This document shows, in pieces, positions 39,431 through 52,900 of a stretch of DNA of 64,000 bases. Position numbers and translations under genes: made by a program. The notes below the pieces were generated by a model. That model did not search any database, had not been told where the DNA came from, and saw only the letters and a program-made list of their open reading frames with translations. This DNA is from Potamilus streckersoni (Eukaryota): positions 2,738,024 to 2,802,023 of the forward strand of contig JAEAOA010001935.1 of assembly GCA_016746295.1 (NCBI GenBank), in the 5' to 3' direction. The first letter of the stretch is position 1; each line of letters opens with the position of its first letter.

Positions 39431-41828
39431 ATGAGGATTAATAGACACATCAGGCATATAATAGGCCATTCATGGTATTAGTATCCCTGTTTTAAGTTTA
39501 TTGAAATTTTGCATAGTTTGCACAGATCTTGAATTTTTTTATGTTTGGTCATTATTTATAGGGTTAAACTAATCATTCATTTTATAACATATTACAATTA
39601 TTTGGATACCTTTGGTATTATACAGTGTCCTAAGGCCAGACTGTAATAAATTGTTTTCTTGAACTTCACAGGACATAGTTTTGATGTCTTTATTTATACA
39701 CTAGTGATGCAATGGCAGACAAAGCACAGGGAACATTGGTTTTGTGAACTGCTTTAGTGAGTGATAGACCACAGATCCCAAATATCCAAGCTTTGGGGGA
39801 ATACATTGATAGATATTGGGATAAATAAAGGGAGTATAAGAAGTAAAATACACCAGTCATTGGCAAACACTTTGGAATCCTCTGAACAGTCATTGACTTC
39901 TTTTAAAAATGTTTGCAGATTTTGAGAAAATTATCTAAGTCTGCTAGATCTTCCATCCTCCACCTGATGAAGCAAACACATATTTGGAATCCCTCCCATG
40001 CATTCGCATTTAAAGCTGAAAGCTTTGCAAAGAAGGCAGAAAACACATGGCAATTAATATTGACAGTCAGAACTGCTTTAGGAAAAGATATAAAGAAAAA
40101 GCCCAAGAATTAAATAATCTGGGAAAGAGAAACAAAACAAACATATGATATGAGAACTTCTGAAGAAGTAAAATTAAGAGATTGGACATAGTTTTGGAAG
40201 ATAGAATGCAGTAATTAGTAATATCAATAGATTCTTTTGACAGTGCCCTTACTGTATGTTTATGTTCATATATCAGGACCAACTTTTCAAACTTTGCTTT
40301 AAAATTTGGAAGATGAACTCAAATATAGTAAAAGAGGTTCTTAGTTCAACTTTAAAAGTGGACAGCTTAATTTAAGCAAACCTTGTAAAAATTATAACAA
40401 GCCCTTGAAAAGGCATGGAAAAATTCTTAAATTTGGTCTTGAGATTTTTGTATGAACCTTTTTTTTCATAGCTGTGGCTGTGAAGCAAACATTTTTCTTC
40501 ATTTTTCTATTCCTTTGAATATGAAATTCCACCATTAGTACAGAGAAATAAAGAAGTGATTGTTTTTTTAATAGAAAAAAAATATAGAAAAAAAATATAA
40601 AATTGTTATAACAAAATTGATATAATACAACCTTGGTGTAGGGCCCAATGTTGGCATTAGTTTCACCAATATTTTGAAGTACTGCAAAGTTTTGCGCCAT
40701 AAGAAACAAAAGTTTTAGTTAATAATTTGATGTGTTGCATTCTTGAAAGAAAAAAATTTCATACCATTGCATCTTTCTTTATATAAAAAAAGATTTAAAC
40801 ATTTGTTTGTGAATGTTCAGAAGTCAGTCACTGATCTCTGATCTATGTTTATTTTTGAAGGCTATCAGCTCATTAAGTTTTGATCATAAATTTATTTACC
40901 CATGAATAGTAAAGCCATTAAGTGTTGTTTGTGTTTGTCCATAATTAATTCAGTGTACAGTCATTTCTGAAACACAGTCAAGAGGTACTTACCATTCAAC
41001 TGGCATATACAACAAATAACCAATGGAGTGGTTAATGAAAGATTCTCATCAGAATTTATGAATCAGTTAATTAAGAAATTCAACTAATTTAATTAATTGC
41101 TTATCATCAAAGTCAATCTCCTAGCTAAAGGTTGTTCAAATAATGTGGCAATGATTTCTAAAAACATTTAAAAAATCCAAAATCTACCAGCATATGCAAA
41201 TTGCTTCACAATGATGTCAGACATTAATCACAGAATCAGTGACCAGTGAATAATGTCATTCTTTCCCTAAAAACTGACCATATTGTTTTCATTAACAATT
41301 AATCTTGCTGTCATCATTCAAACAGATAGGTGTCATTGATTTAATTAGTGGGGATTTACAATGCATAAAGGTACTTGGAAATGTATTGCTTTTACTGTTA
41401 AAGAAGAGCTTGAAGCCTTGGACGGCATTAAGTCAAATGCAATTAGATGGAGATGATCACAAATCAACCCTCTGAGCAAATAGGACAGTCACAGGATGAA
41501 AATCAATCAGTTTTTCAAAGAATAATAAAGTATTCTGATTCTGACCAGTGAAAATTCTACTGGAACAAAATTTATTGAGACAATTTATAATGACATTCAA
41601 ACATACAGGGTTATGTTCACTTACTGAACAGTAACTGTGCTTCATTTTATTTTACATAATATTAGTAAATTTTTGCATTGAATTCAGACACAAGAATCTA
41701 TGACAAAATGAGAAAAAATTCTTAATGCACATATTTTGATGCAATTGCTTTCACTTCACTTGTATTATGGATGCAGTGAGATTGGTTGGTGAGTCGCATG
41801 TTGACGATTGAACTATTCCAGCTATATG

Positions 41829-41873
<45 letters not shown>
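41829..41873. repeat. (AT)n microsatellite
   Basis: Uninterrupted at dinucleotide run. Confidence 0.95.
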
Positions 41874-41875
<2 letters not shown>

Positions 41876-42755
41876 TACAATAAACTGATGATGAACAGTG
41901 CAAAACTAGTAACTAACTAGCCTGAGCACTTTCGACTCTTAATGAGTCTTTTTCAAAGGCAAATAAATAAACTTACAAAACAAACAAATAACCCCAAAAA
42001 CATTGTTTGTAAAACTTTACATGGCTGTCTCCACATGAGTTAAACTTAGAGATACATTGTCTCAACCAGCCTGTATAGACTTGTTGCAAATACTGAAAAA
42101 TGTTTATAATTCCCTAAAAGTCTATGAGCCAGAGCGACATCTATTACTTTGTGTACATTTATGTAACGCAGATTATATCCCAGATATTTGATTCTATACA
42201 GGATATTTTATTCTTATAGTAATAATTAAAGGATACTAAGAAGATTTAGAAAAACTTTGAAAAGAAACTTGTCGGCTACAAAGACTAATTCGACTAGTAC
42301 ATAGTTTTCTTTTTCTAGTCTTCTTGGTTTAGTCCGCATGGATTAAATGTTCTAAGGCAGCATATCCAGTAAGATTTTTTTTCCTTCCTGGTTTCGGAAC
42401 TCCAGCAGTGGTTGTTAGCAATTGCAATAAGTGTTATATCACTGAAAGTGTGGCCAGGGGATGAGAAGTCTTCTGCGACCGGGCTTCTGTACAGCTTCTT
42501 AGTCATCCATTCAGATCTATGAAGGTTTATCCTTTTGTGTAGCTTTTCAGTTTCTCTGACATACTGAAGGCTACAGATCTTACATGTGATGAGATAAATA
42601 ACATTCTAGTTTTGCACGTTTTGTTTGGACCATGTATGTTTAGTTTTTCTTTAGTCACTGTGCTAGTGAATGTCCTGGTCTCTATCATATGTTGACAGGT
42701 TTTGCATCTTTTATCACCACAGGGTCCAGATTTACTAGGTTGGTCTTTACTAGTG

Positions 42756-42757
<2 letters not shown>

Positions 42758-42822
<65 letters not shown>

Positions 42823-42830
42823 ACGATGCA
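42758..42830. repeat. (AT)n microsatellite, about 36 units
   Basis: Uninterrupted at dinucleotide run. ORF 42702..42896 (IYIY)n is an artifact. Confidence 0.95.
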
Positions 42831-43967
42831 TGGTCTCTAAATAAAATAAAATACTATATTACATATACAGCTTTTATATTTTCACTATATATGTAATTTT
42901 TTGTTTAATGTGCATTGAATTAAGATGGTAACTGTGCCAAGTAAATAAGTAAATGTAGTTTTTCACCCATGTTTGTTACTCACCCCTCCTTTTTGTGCAT
43001 GCAATTTCATCAGCTGACTTGGTTGGTTATAGCTTGATACTGTAAAAAGAATAACATTTTGTGGACCCCAACCATATTATACTCTCGATGTTTTAACAAG
43101 CTCATACATGAATAGAAGCATATTAGCAATTGTTATGTATATCTATTTTGTGTGTTTAATTCTTTTTCGTCAATGATTGTAGATTGTACGAGTCATTTTG
43201 TAAACAAAATATTATGTAGGTAATTTTTGTATATTACTATAGATTATATTTTAAGATAATTATCATGTGTAGATAAGCATGTTTACTTGGATCTTAGTTC
43301 AGGACATTGGTTTTCCTCTTAGAAATTCCTTGTTTACATGATGTTTGTGTTGTTCTTCATTAAAATTTAAGTCAGTGACCTGACCTTGTTTATAATTTAG
43401 AATGTTATGAAAATTAACTTTATCCTCATCCTGGTCCTGTTATTGTGTCAGGTTTTTATATTAGGTTGCTTACATCATTATTATTCATTCCTGATTTTAA
43501 TTTTGTTTGTGTTAAGATTTAGTTTAAGATGATTTTTTTTTTATTTTCAATTCATTTAAATTACAAAGTGCTCACTGACTTTAGATCTAAAACCTTATTT
43601 TGGAATTATTGTGAATTCATTCAAGGAAATTTTGGATTTTGTCATTGTGATACATCCAGATTGTTAGCAAATCAGACCATTAAAGATAATTGTCACAACA
43701 TGATATCCAGGATTAGAATTCATTTGGAACACCACTGTAATTCATTCTGAATGCTCTATACTTTTGAATGTGTGATAGAACTTTTAGGGCTGTTTGGGAT
43801 TTTATTCACAATACTGTAAGTTCTTTTTCGATTTCACTTTGTATTCGAGGGAAATAAATTATTTGCTGAATTTTACACAACTTGTTGGTTTTGCTTTTCT
43901 GCTCCTTAAGACCATAGAGTGACACAATATTTTTGTTATGCCATCTTCTATTTTTGTATTTATTCAG

Positions 43968-44048
43968 GCAATATTGCGTGCAAAAGTAAATGGTCAAGAG
44001 ATTTCTACTCAGGTCTCCACAGTGGAGTTGAATATTACAGATGGTCAG
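43968..44048 (+). CDS. PARP4: PARP4 window-exon 15: AILRAKVNGQEISTQVSTVELNITDGQ
   Basis: Acceptor tattcag|gca and donor gtcag|gtcagt. Aligns to human ATLCALIQEKEFRTMVSTTELQKTTG and is contiguous with exon 14 (GFVPNCMQ|A). Confidence 0.75.
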
Positions 44049-44224
44049 GTCAGTCAGTATGTGGGTGTTGACAGGTTTATCATAGGTGTCTTAAATGCAG
44101 TGAAAGTTGAAAACATAAAACAAAGCAGCCTGATGCCCCTAAACTCATCAAACTGTTTAAATTTTGTTCTTTGTTCCTTCTTGATTAACATATTATATTG
44201 TCACCAGCTTGTTCTGTAAGATAT

Positions 44225-44935
44225 CAAGTATTACTGTAACATGAATTAAAAGTAAAAGATACAGGGAAGATATCAAGTATTAGTGTAACATTGGTTAAAA
44301 GTGAATGATACAGGGAAGATATCAAGTATTACTGTAACATGGGTTAAAAGTGAAAAGATACAGGGAAGATATCAAGTATTAGTGTAACATTGGTTAAAAG
44401 TGAATGATACAGGGAAGATATCAAGTATTACTGTAACATGGGTTAAAAGTGAATGATACAAGGAAGATATCAAGTAGTACTGTAACATGGGTTAAAAGTG
44501 AATGATACAAGGAAGATATCAAGTATTACTGTAACATGGGTTAAAAGTGAATGATACAAGGAAGATATCAAGTAATACTGTAACATGGGTTAAAAGTGAA
44601 AAGATACAGGGAAGATATCAAGTATTACTGTAACATGGGTTAAAAGTGAATGATACAAGGAAGATATCAAGTAGTACTGTAACATGGGTTAAAAGTGAAA
44701 AGATACAGGGAAGATATCAAGTATTAGTGTAACATTGGTTAAAAGTGAATGATACAGGGAAGATATCAAGTATTACTGTAACATGGGTTAAAAGTGAATG
44801 ATACAAGGAAGATATCAAGTAATACTGTAACATGGGTTAAAAGTGAAAAGATACAGGGAAGATATCAAGTATTACTGTAACATGAATTAAAAGTGAAGGA
44901 TACAGGGAAGATATAAAGTATTACAGTAGCATGTG
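44225..44935. repeat. Minisatellite with a 49-bp unit (gggaagatatcaagtattactgtaacatgggttaaaagtgaatgatacag), about 14 copies
   Basis: Period 49 bp measured between atatcaagta motifs. Confidence 0.95.
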
Positions 44936-46596
44936 TTGAAACTGAAGGATGCTGCTTTTTAAAAGGAAAGGATATAGGGAAGTTGTCAAGTATTACTGTA
45001 ATAAATGTTCAAAGTGAAGGAGACTTGAAAGATATCAAGATAACATTTGCTACAGTCAAGACTGTTATATTATTCACCAGTGTGCTTGTGGCCTTGTTAC
45101 AGTCAGTCATCTTCACTCAGATATTGTTGCATTATCTTATGTCTTTACAGAAGATCTACCATATTTATCTGTTTATAAGTCAAGTTTACCTGCAAACTGC
45201 ACAAAATCATATCTAACATTGCATAATGTGCCAGCCGATCTGGGTCTATGCAGTATCTTAGAAGCAATCATTAGAAGAAACATAGACCCTGATCTGCCTG
45301 CACATTATGTGAGAGTAAATCTGGGTATATCTTATTTGCAGTTGAACCCAAATTATAAGCATGTATATATGGTATACACTAGAAGTGGGCCTAGATTATT
45401 TTCCAAGGATTTGTAATAAGACCAGTAGTTAAAAATACATATACAAAGATTTTTAATAATCAACTTAATATAATGTTACATCCTTCTTTGCTGACTTTTA
45501 TTTAAGTATTGTATGATACATAACAGTAAAGTCTAAAAATTGTGTTGTTATAAAGCCTTATAAAACATTTAACACAGGGTCTATTCATTTCTACCTACTT
45601 TTTGTTCACATCATAATTGTCTAGACCCTGTATTAGCTAAATTTCTTGTTATTTTTCATATTTACCCCCTTTTTGGTACCATTTAAATTCAAATAATTAT
45701 ACTATAGCAGTGAATGGGACACAGAGTCATAAGTTGAACACTCACTTTTGAGAGTATTGAAAGTTATAGTTATACTTTGTTCATAAATTAAAGTGAAAAT
45801 GTGAACTGTACTATGAGATTTTACTTACATTTTTAAATTGCTTACATGTGTTTTTATTCTCATAAAAATTTGAAAATAAAAGTAAGTTAAGACAGGATAT
45901 TTTGATCTAGATAAAATATGCTCTGTACCATATATAGTTCTTATTTAATTGTTAACCTGTATTGCTTGTTGCAATATCACTAGTACCTCTGGTAGAGGTT
46001 TCAAAGTACTTGAAATGATGTATGTCTTTTCAGGTTCACAGCTGATTATACATCTGAGTACTTAAACTTGACATCAATAATTGAACTAAATTTGATTGGT
46101 TTTTTGGGCCCTGGAACAGGCAAACGAGCATTCTGTCATAGTTTTAAATTTGCATTCATCAAAGAAGTTTTACAAATACTTGTTTGTGGATAAAGGAGGC
46201 AACAATTGTAGTTATGACTCCACTAGCCCAGTAAGTATAATGCAGGGAAAAATATTCAAGAAATTCAAATTGTCCTTCTGTTTTACGATAAAAAGAACAG
46301 GTTTGTTACATGAATTTTTACTTATTTTAGTTGTGCTGGTTAGTTGAGCTTGGAAACTGTTGATGCCAAAAGCTGCTGAGCCATATCCATATGATATCTG
46401 TATCATCCAAAATTTAGGGATGATTCACATCACACCTAGAAGAAATAATTATAACAAATCAGTCACTGAATCTTGTAAAATTTTGTATTAGGTAATATAC
46501 ATTCACGCTACGTTAACTATTCATGACTATTAATATAATTAAAATGGAAATGATACACTAATAATAAATGTGTTTGTGTGAATTTTATTCTGTTAG

Positions 46597-46677
46597 ATGC
46601 TTCACCAGTTGACTGCTCGTGCAGTGATCCGAGATTTTGAAAATGGAATTTTGGATGCAGATAGGATACTTCATCAG
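46597..46677 (+). CDS. PARP4: PARP4 window-exon 16: MLHQLTARAVIRDFENGILDADRILHQ
   Basis: Acceptor ctgttag|atg and donor atcag|gtatgg. Aligns to human IHKLAARALIRDYEDGILHENE. Confidence 0.85.
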
Positions 46678-47433
46678 GTATGGACACATAGCTATTGAGG
46701 AGGTGAGAATCAGTTGAAAGAGGAGGAGTAAAATAATGAAAACAGCAACAACAATGATAAAACGAATATAGCATTGAGAATTATTATGGTTAAAATAGAT
46801 AAGTGATAATCATGATAAAAAAACGATATGCTGGGAATGATTTTCTACTTTTTAGGGGTTTCAGTTTTCATGTTTTTGCAACAACGTTTTTGCAGTTACT
46901 TAAATTGATGGAATGAGGATAAGGTCTTGTTGTTTCCATGTAAATTTAATTGTTTATAGGACTTTAAATTTATGGTTTTCAGAAAGAATGAAATCCATGA
47001 AAATGGGTACAAAATGAAAAATGCACAAATCACAGTAGTCTTATTACTCTGTTATGAGAAAAGCCCAAGGTTGATTCCTTGTAAAATAATTGTTGTCACT
47101 GGGTTAAGATACTCTGTTGTCAGGATAGCCTAAGCTGGGATTCTTGTAAGGTTCTTGTAAGATGTTTTATGTAATCGGATGTTTATGGATGATATGATTT
47201 TTGCAGAGACCCTTGTTTAAAATATGAAATAATTTTTATGTTTTTGATTCTATCCATCTAAATATATTATAGAGTAAAGAAGAGTAATATCAGAGCATTT
47301 AAAAATTAAGATGTTTTTATTTGATGAAGACTATAGAACCTTGTTTTTATATATTGTAAATTCATATAATATTGTCAATAAGATTTGTTATATTACATCT
47401 TTTCATACATGTATGCATCCTTTGTACTTTCAG

Positions 47434-47535
47434 ATGTTAAAATCGGAGAGAAAACAGACCATTATTGAGTTGAGTAAAGAGTATTCCATAGTTACACCAT
47501 ACACCAGTTTTGTGGCTGTTGAAGAGAGAGAAGAG
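47434..47535 (+). CDS. PARP4: PARP4 window-exon 17: MLKSERKQTIIELSKEYSIVTPYTSFVAVEEREE
   Basis: Acceptor tactttcag|atg and donor gaagag|gtaggt. Aligns to human MKKQTLKSLIIKLSKENSLITQFTSFVAVEKRDENE. Confidence 0.9.
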
Positions 47536-49683
47536 GTAGGTTTCACAACTGCAGGGTCAAAAGTTAGTGGATTATTATTCCATAGTAAGCCCAATGGGTA
47601 GGTCAAATAAGAGTTTAAAAAAAATCGAAGTGGAGTCACAATTTGCCAAAGTCGTGACAGACAGCAAGTTTCAGAGACAAGATATTAGAGAAGATACAAT
47701 CAGGTTATGTACAACACTTTTCAAGCTGGACATCACTTGGTACCAAAATCTAAAATACAGCAATTCAATAAGAGCTTAAGTTTTTCAGAGGTTTTTGTGG
47801 TGTAATGTGCCCAACTAAATATGCCTTGCAGATACTGTGTGCAGTGTATATAGCTATACATGTCATGTAGATATTTTGGTATAGTGTATCTGTCTAAACA
47901 TATCTAGATATTGTGGTAAAATTGTATCATGTAGATATTTTAGAGTGGACTCAAAGGAGAAAGCAGATTTGCTGGTAAATTATGTTTCCCCAAGAATTTT
48001 TGCTTCATTGTATTAATATTAAACCCTCCCACACCTTTCCACAAATGTGAGCATCCTCATTGACATATCAAGCAAAAACTAAGTAAACAACTTGGGTTGG
48101 TGATGGGAGGTAAGAGTTATGGTTGGGAATTGTTTCTTCCCTTTTTCTTGTATATAGATGGGAAAGACAAAAACTTCCATTCATCTTTACACAATTGCTG
48201 ATTTGAGAATTAGTTGAGCTTCTTCCTAAAGTAATATGATTGAGTTATTAGATGCAATTTTGGAGAAATAGTTTTCTGAAAAATTTGCTGTTTGAAGGAT
48301 ATTATCATTTATTTTAATATACCATATATACTTGTGTATAAAACCTTTCATATATAATCCAACCCTTATAACTGAATAGGTATAAATGCTAAAAAGTGCA
48401 TGACCCGCATATAAGCCAACCCACAGGTCCAAGACTACATCACAAGATGCAAACGTTGAGTTCTAAATGCATTTATTTTGGCAAATTTATAGCAAAAATG
48501 TTACAAGTATTCTCTTTTGGGGTTGGCATGTATGATTATTACATATAAATGGTATAAATTTGTTTAAAAAGTCAATACATTTATTTAATTTTATGTTATT
48601 GTTTCTATTTTATTGTTTTTTGGTGATCATTCTAATAGTCAGGAAAGACAGTTACACATCAAAGTAATGTTATAGTTGCCAGTCAGAATTCCCTCTTAAC
48701 CAATTTCAGGATTTTAATGATTAACCAGCTAGTTTTTCTGTCGGTAAACAAAAGGCAAATCAAACAATTATAAACAAAGAAGACACTGATACATCCAGCT
48801 TTCCATTGTGTGGGAAATTATGATTTTGTCAAAACAGAACTAAAATAGATTGATGCTCTATTTAGAATTTTAGCCTTTATTATTACCATTCTTTAATGAA
48901 CATGTAACAGTTATGCTGATTGTGCCTTGTGCAATTGTACCTTTTCATAAAGATTGCTTCAATTTGTAGCATCACCTATATCATTGGAAAAGAGTAACTC
49001 ATGAACATTTGGATCAAAGGAAATGAAACAGCTATTTCCCAGTAGCTAAAATGTTATCTGGAAGATTGCATTTTGGTCAAAATAATGAATAAAGCGAAAT
49101 CTGCATCTAATGTGTTTGAGAATAAACAAGAATTAAAGTAACACTAAGCGTGATTTGCACTATTTTAGCACTGTACTTTTTAGTACAGCCTGATTTCCCA
49201 GGTAAACTCGAACCAGCACAGGGACTTGTATGGTTGTTTACAAGTTAACTATTGGTCAAATATGTATTATTATTATATAGTACATGTATGACAGGGAAAT
49301 TGTAGGCAATCACAAAAGCACCTATGAAATTATAAAGTCTTTATTTACCTTTATTTAATTTCATGTTGGAGGAATCAGAAAATATGCACATGCAAAATAA
49401 TAACATTATGGTATCCAACTAAAAAAATCTTGAAAACTTTCAAGTTTAGTCCTTGTCATGCAGATAAGCTGCCCTCCTTTTTTCCTAAATTATTTGACTT
49501 GTACCAGTTAACATAATTTTATTGCTTTTAATATTTGATCTTGTTCTGCTTCTTGTTTAGTTACCTTTACCATGTAGCCATAATTGTGCTTGGGTGTTAT
49601 AAAACACTGTGACATATTGTTTTGATAATCCTTCATTACTCTATATCAGCTTTATAAATTTCATTATTTGTTTATGCTTTTAG

Positions 49684-49791
49684 GGTGAAGAGAAACATGA
49701 TGGCCCTTCTATTGCAGACCTAGTTGACCTAGAAAAGGTTGATATTCTACCATACATGCAATGGGATAATGCAGATGATTTTGATGAAATG
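49684..49791 (+). CDS. PARP4: PARP4 window-exon 18: GEEKHDGPSIADLVDLEKVDILPYMQWDNADDFDEM
   Basis: Acceptor gcttttag|ggt and donor aaatg|gtatta. Aligns to human SPFPDIPKVSELIAKEDVDFLPYMSWQGE. Confidence 0.8.
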
Positions 49792-49812
49792 GTATTATTT
49801 GTTCTTACATAA

Positions 49813-49832
49813 TCTCTCTAGCTCTCTCTCTC

Positions 49833-49910
<78 letters not shown>
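49813..49910. repeat. (CT)n microsatellite, about 45 units, beginning about 20 nt after the exon 18 donor
   Basis: ct dinucleotide run with a few ca/tt interruptions. Confidence 0.95.
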
Positions 49911-52900
49911 CTGACATTGGAGACTATAATATTTTGATCCAAAAGTCACTTATTTTTCTGTCTGTGATCCACTCTAACCCATCACAGACAGAGGGCTATT
50001 AAACATAAATTCATAACTTGGATTATTCTCCAAATAATAACTTGACAGATGAAATAAAACCCCAAAGATTATTTACAGCATCAGCAAGATGTGGAATATG
50101 GCAGACACTATTTTTAACTCATTTATCCTGCTATTAGCTGCAGGGTATTAGGTTTGCAGATTTAATATTTTTCTTTCACTCATATTGATATTTCCAGTCA
50201 TCTTTTCACCTGTCGATGATAACTTCTTGTTATCAATCATTAGTTGGGCAAAACTTACTGCTTGTGAGTTATCCAGGTTGATAGGTGGATATGTTGTTTC
50301 AAGGTTTAGCTCTTGTAGACCTGACATACTTAAATTAACTGTCATTGTATCTCCAGTGGTTGTAGTTACTTTTGTTTTTCTTCTGTTGAGCTTTCAATTA
50401 ACGTACCAAATTTTGTGTTATTACCATGAGATTTTGTGAATACCTGGTACAGAAAAAACATAATCAAGTTTGACACAGAGTGCTTAATCAAACAGTAACA
50501 TAACCACAATTTACTGGATTGTCATTACCTGATAGTGGGACAAACTGGATTGAGCAAAACTAACCTTCTGATGTATTTATTACTTAATGTAATAGGACTA
50601 TGATCGAGTTTATATCTACATGATCAGTCAACAGTCAATAAAGAATTGCTTAGTGAATACAGTGGAAAGCTAAAATATGTGTAGGCAATGATATATTTAT
50701 TATAAAACAACCTGAAGATCTAATTCCATTTGCAGAGCTAGATTGTCTTTGATGACATTTTACTAAGCAATTCTGAGATGGATAAGATAAAATCTTACTT
50801 TTCATTGTCAGAACAAAAAAATGTAATGCAGTCTGTCTGGCACTAGGATTTTGTAACATCGATCAATTTGTCAGGCGAAATACAGTTTGTTTTATACTAT
50901 TTGCTGTACTTGACAATGTTGATGTGCAAAATATAGCCTGAGAGATAAATTTGCTGAGCTTTGTTATAACACTACTGGAAGAAGTGCAGAAGAAAGATAT
51001 TGAAAAAAATAGGAGGCCCTAGTGCGCTACAAGAAGAGGTAAAAAATTTAATCTCTGAATCATTACATCAAGAATTATTATCATGGTCACAAAGATGTCA
51101 GAAGAGAATCAGATTAAGTTTTATTAAAAAGAAACTGCAAGAGAACCAATATCAAAAGAAGAAGCTTGGTATGCCATGGCAAATATAAAAACTAACATGA
51201 ATGATGATTTCACATTTCAATCGATCCAGCCAGCTGACCCGGTTTGGATTTCTGTTAAGAGACAGCAATGCTCTTACAGCGTTACAGATATAAAAAAAGC
51301 AATAAAGTTATTGATTACAACTAAAGTTTAATCTGCTTCATACAATTTTGAGCTCATTCCAAACTATAATAAACTGCATGCCAGAATCACTTTGAGAAAC
51401 AATTTTTAGTATCACCAGTAGCATCAGGCCATTGTTAGGTTTTACTAGAAAACAGTTTGGTTCTATGTAGAGTGCTTTAGTTTCATACAATGGTGAATGA
51501 CCAGTAGATGTAACAAAAATAAGTTCAATTTTAGTGAACTGCTCGATTGTCAGCTGGTCGTATACAGCGTGTGGCAATAAGGGACAAACTATTTATCTGT
51601 ATAGTACTGATGTTCCACCAGGTTCGCTTATGCAAGTGATACCATGGCAAATAATCTATCCTATTAGTATTAAAAATCAAATATCTTTTGTCACGATGAC
51701 ACTGACTGATCAATCCTGCTGGCAGCTAAATCTCAATGATGAAATCATAACATATTGCACATGAGGTCAGTTAACTAATCACAGTGAGCTAGCTCACCAC
51801 AACTATTCTCACCAAAGTCAATTTTATCAGAAGTTTTGTATACCAGAATGAAACATGAAAAAATTTATTGCAGAAAATCGTACATGGTTTGATTGGAAAT
51901 ATATTCTCTAAAATAGTTGCAACTTTACCTGGAAATGCAAATAAAGTATCACCTATGACAATTGATGCATTTAACACTTTTGCCATAGGAGCCTCATCAG
52001 CAGCTGTCAGACAAAAGATTGCTGATAAAATTGCAGAGCAGTCTTGCACCCATTGCAAATTGCAAGTGACAAGGATATAAAACAAGTAATTTCTGAAAAT
52101 ATCACCAATGTCAGAAACCGCAGGAGCTATGATAAAAATGACAAAAAAAAACTGCTATCTCTGCCAGGTGAATAAATATTAGAAAATTAATAACCAAAAC
52201 TAGACCACATCCAGATATTGTAGCATTCTAATGGGTTACTGCGCAGCAAACTTTGATTTTATCTAACAAATACAAATAAAAATGTCTATAAAAAATACCT
52301 TGACCTGATCGTGGAAATGCCAACAGATAACTCAGGAACAGAATTTGAGTATGTTGAGTATCTCATTGAATCTAACAAAATAGGTATAAAAACTTGTAAT
52401 ACATTAGATGAAGATGTGTTTCTGTTGCCACACAAAGCTGTACTTGAAGTTTGAGGTAGAACCCAAACAACTGATAATCCACCTGGAGATATTACAGCTG
52501 ATACACATATAACACTTGTGAACATTGGTTGGAGTTTATTTAGAGGTATCAACTAGCTAATTAAACTGTAGAAGATAGTTTGATGTACTTAACAATTGCA
52601 AGTACTGTTCATAATGTAGTTTCATTTAGCGATGACTACTCACAATCTGTTGCAATAAATATGATATGGTTTAGAGATACTGGACCTGGCACAATTGCAG
52701 TAGCTTAATTACTTAGAGTTGTTACAACACCAATTGCTGGTGCTGACAATGCTTGAACTAATAATCATGCATTTCTAGCTCTGCTTCATGCTCAGTATGT
52801 GACAACGCCATCAGCTGATAATGCAGTGGATAATGTCAGAAATGTGCTAATAGTTCTTTGCAATGCAATTGGAAATACCCCACCAGGTGATGCAGCTGCG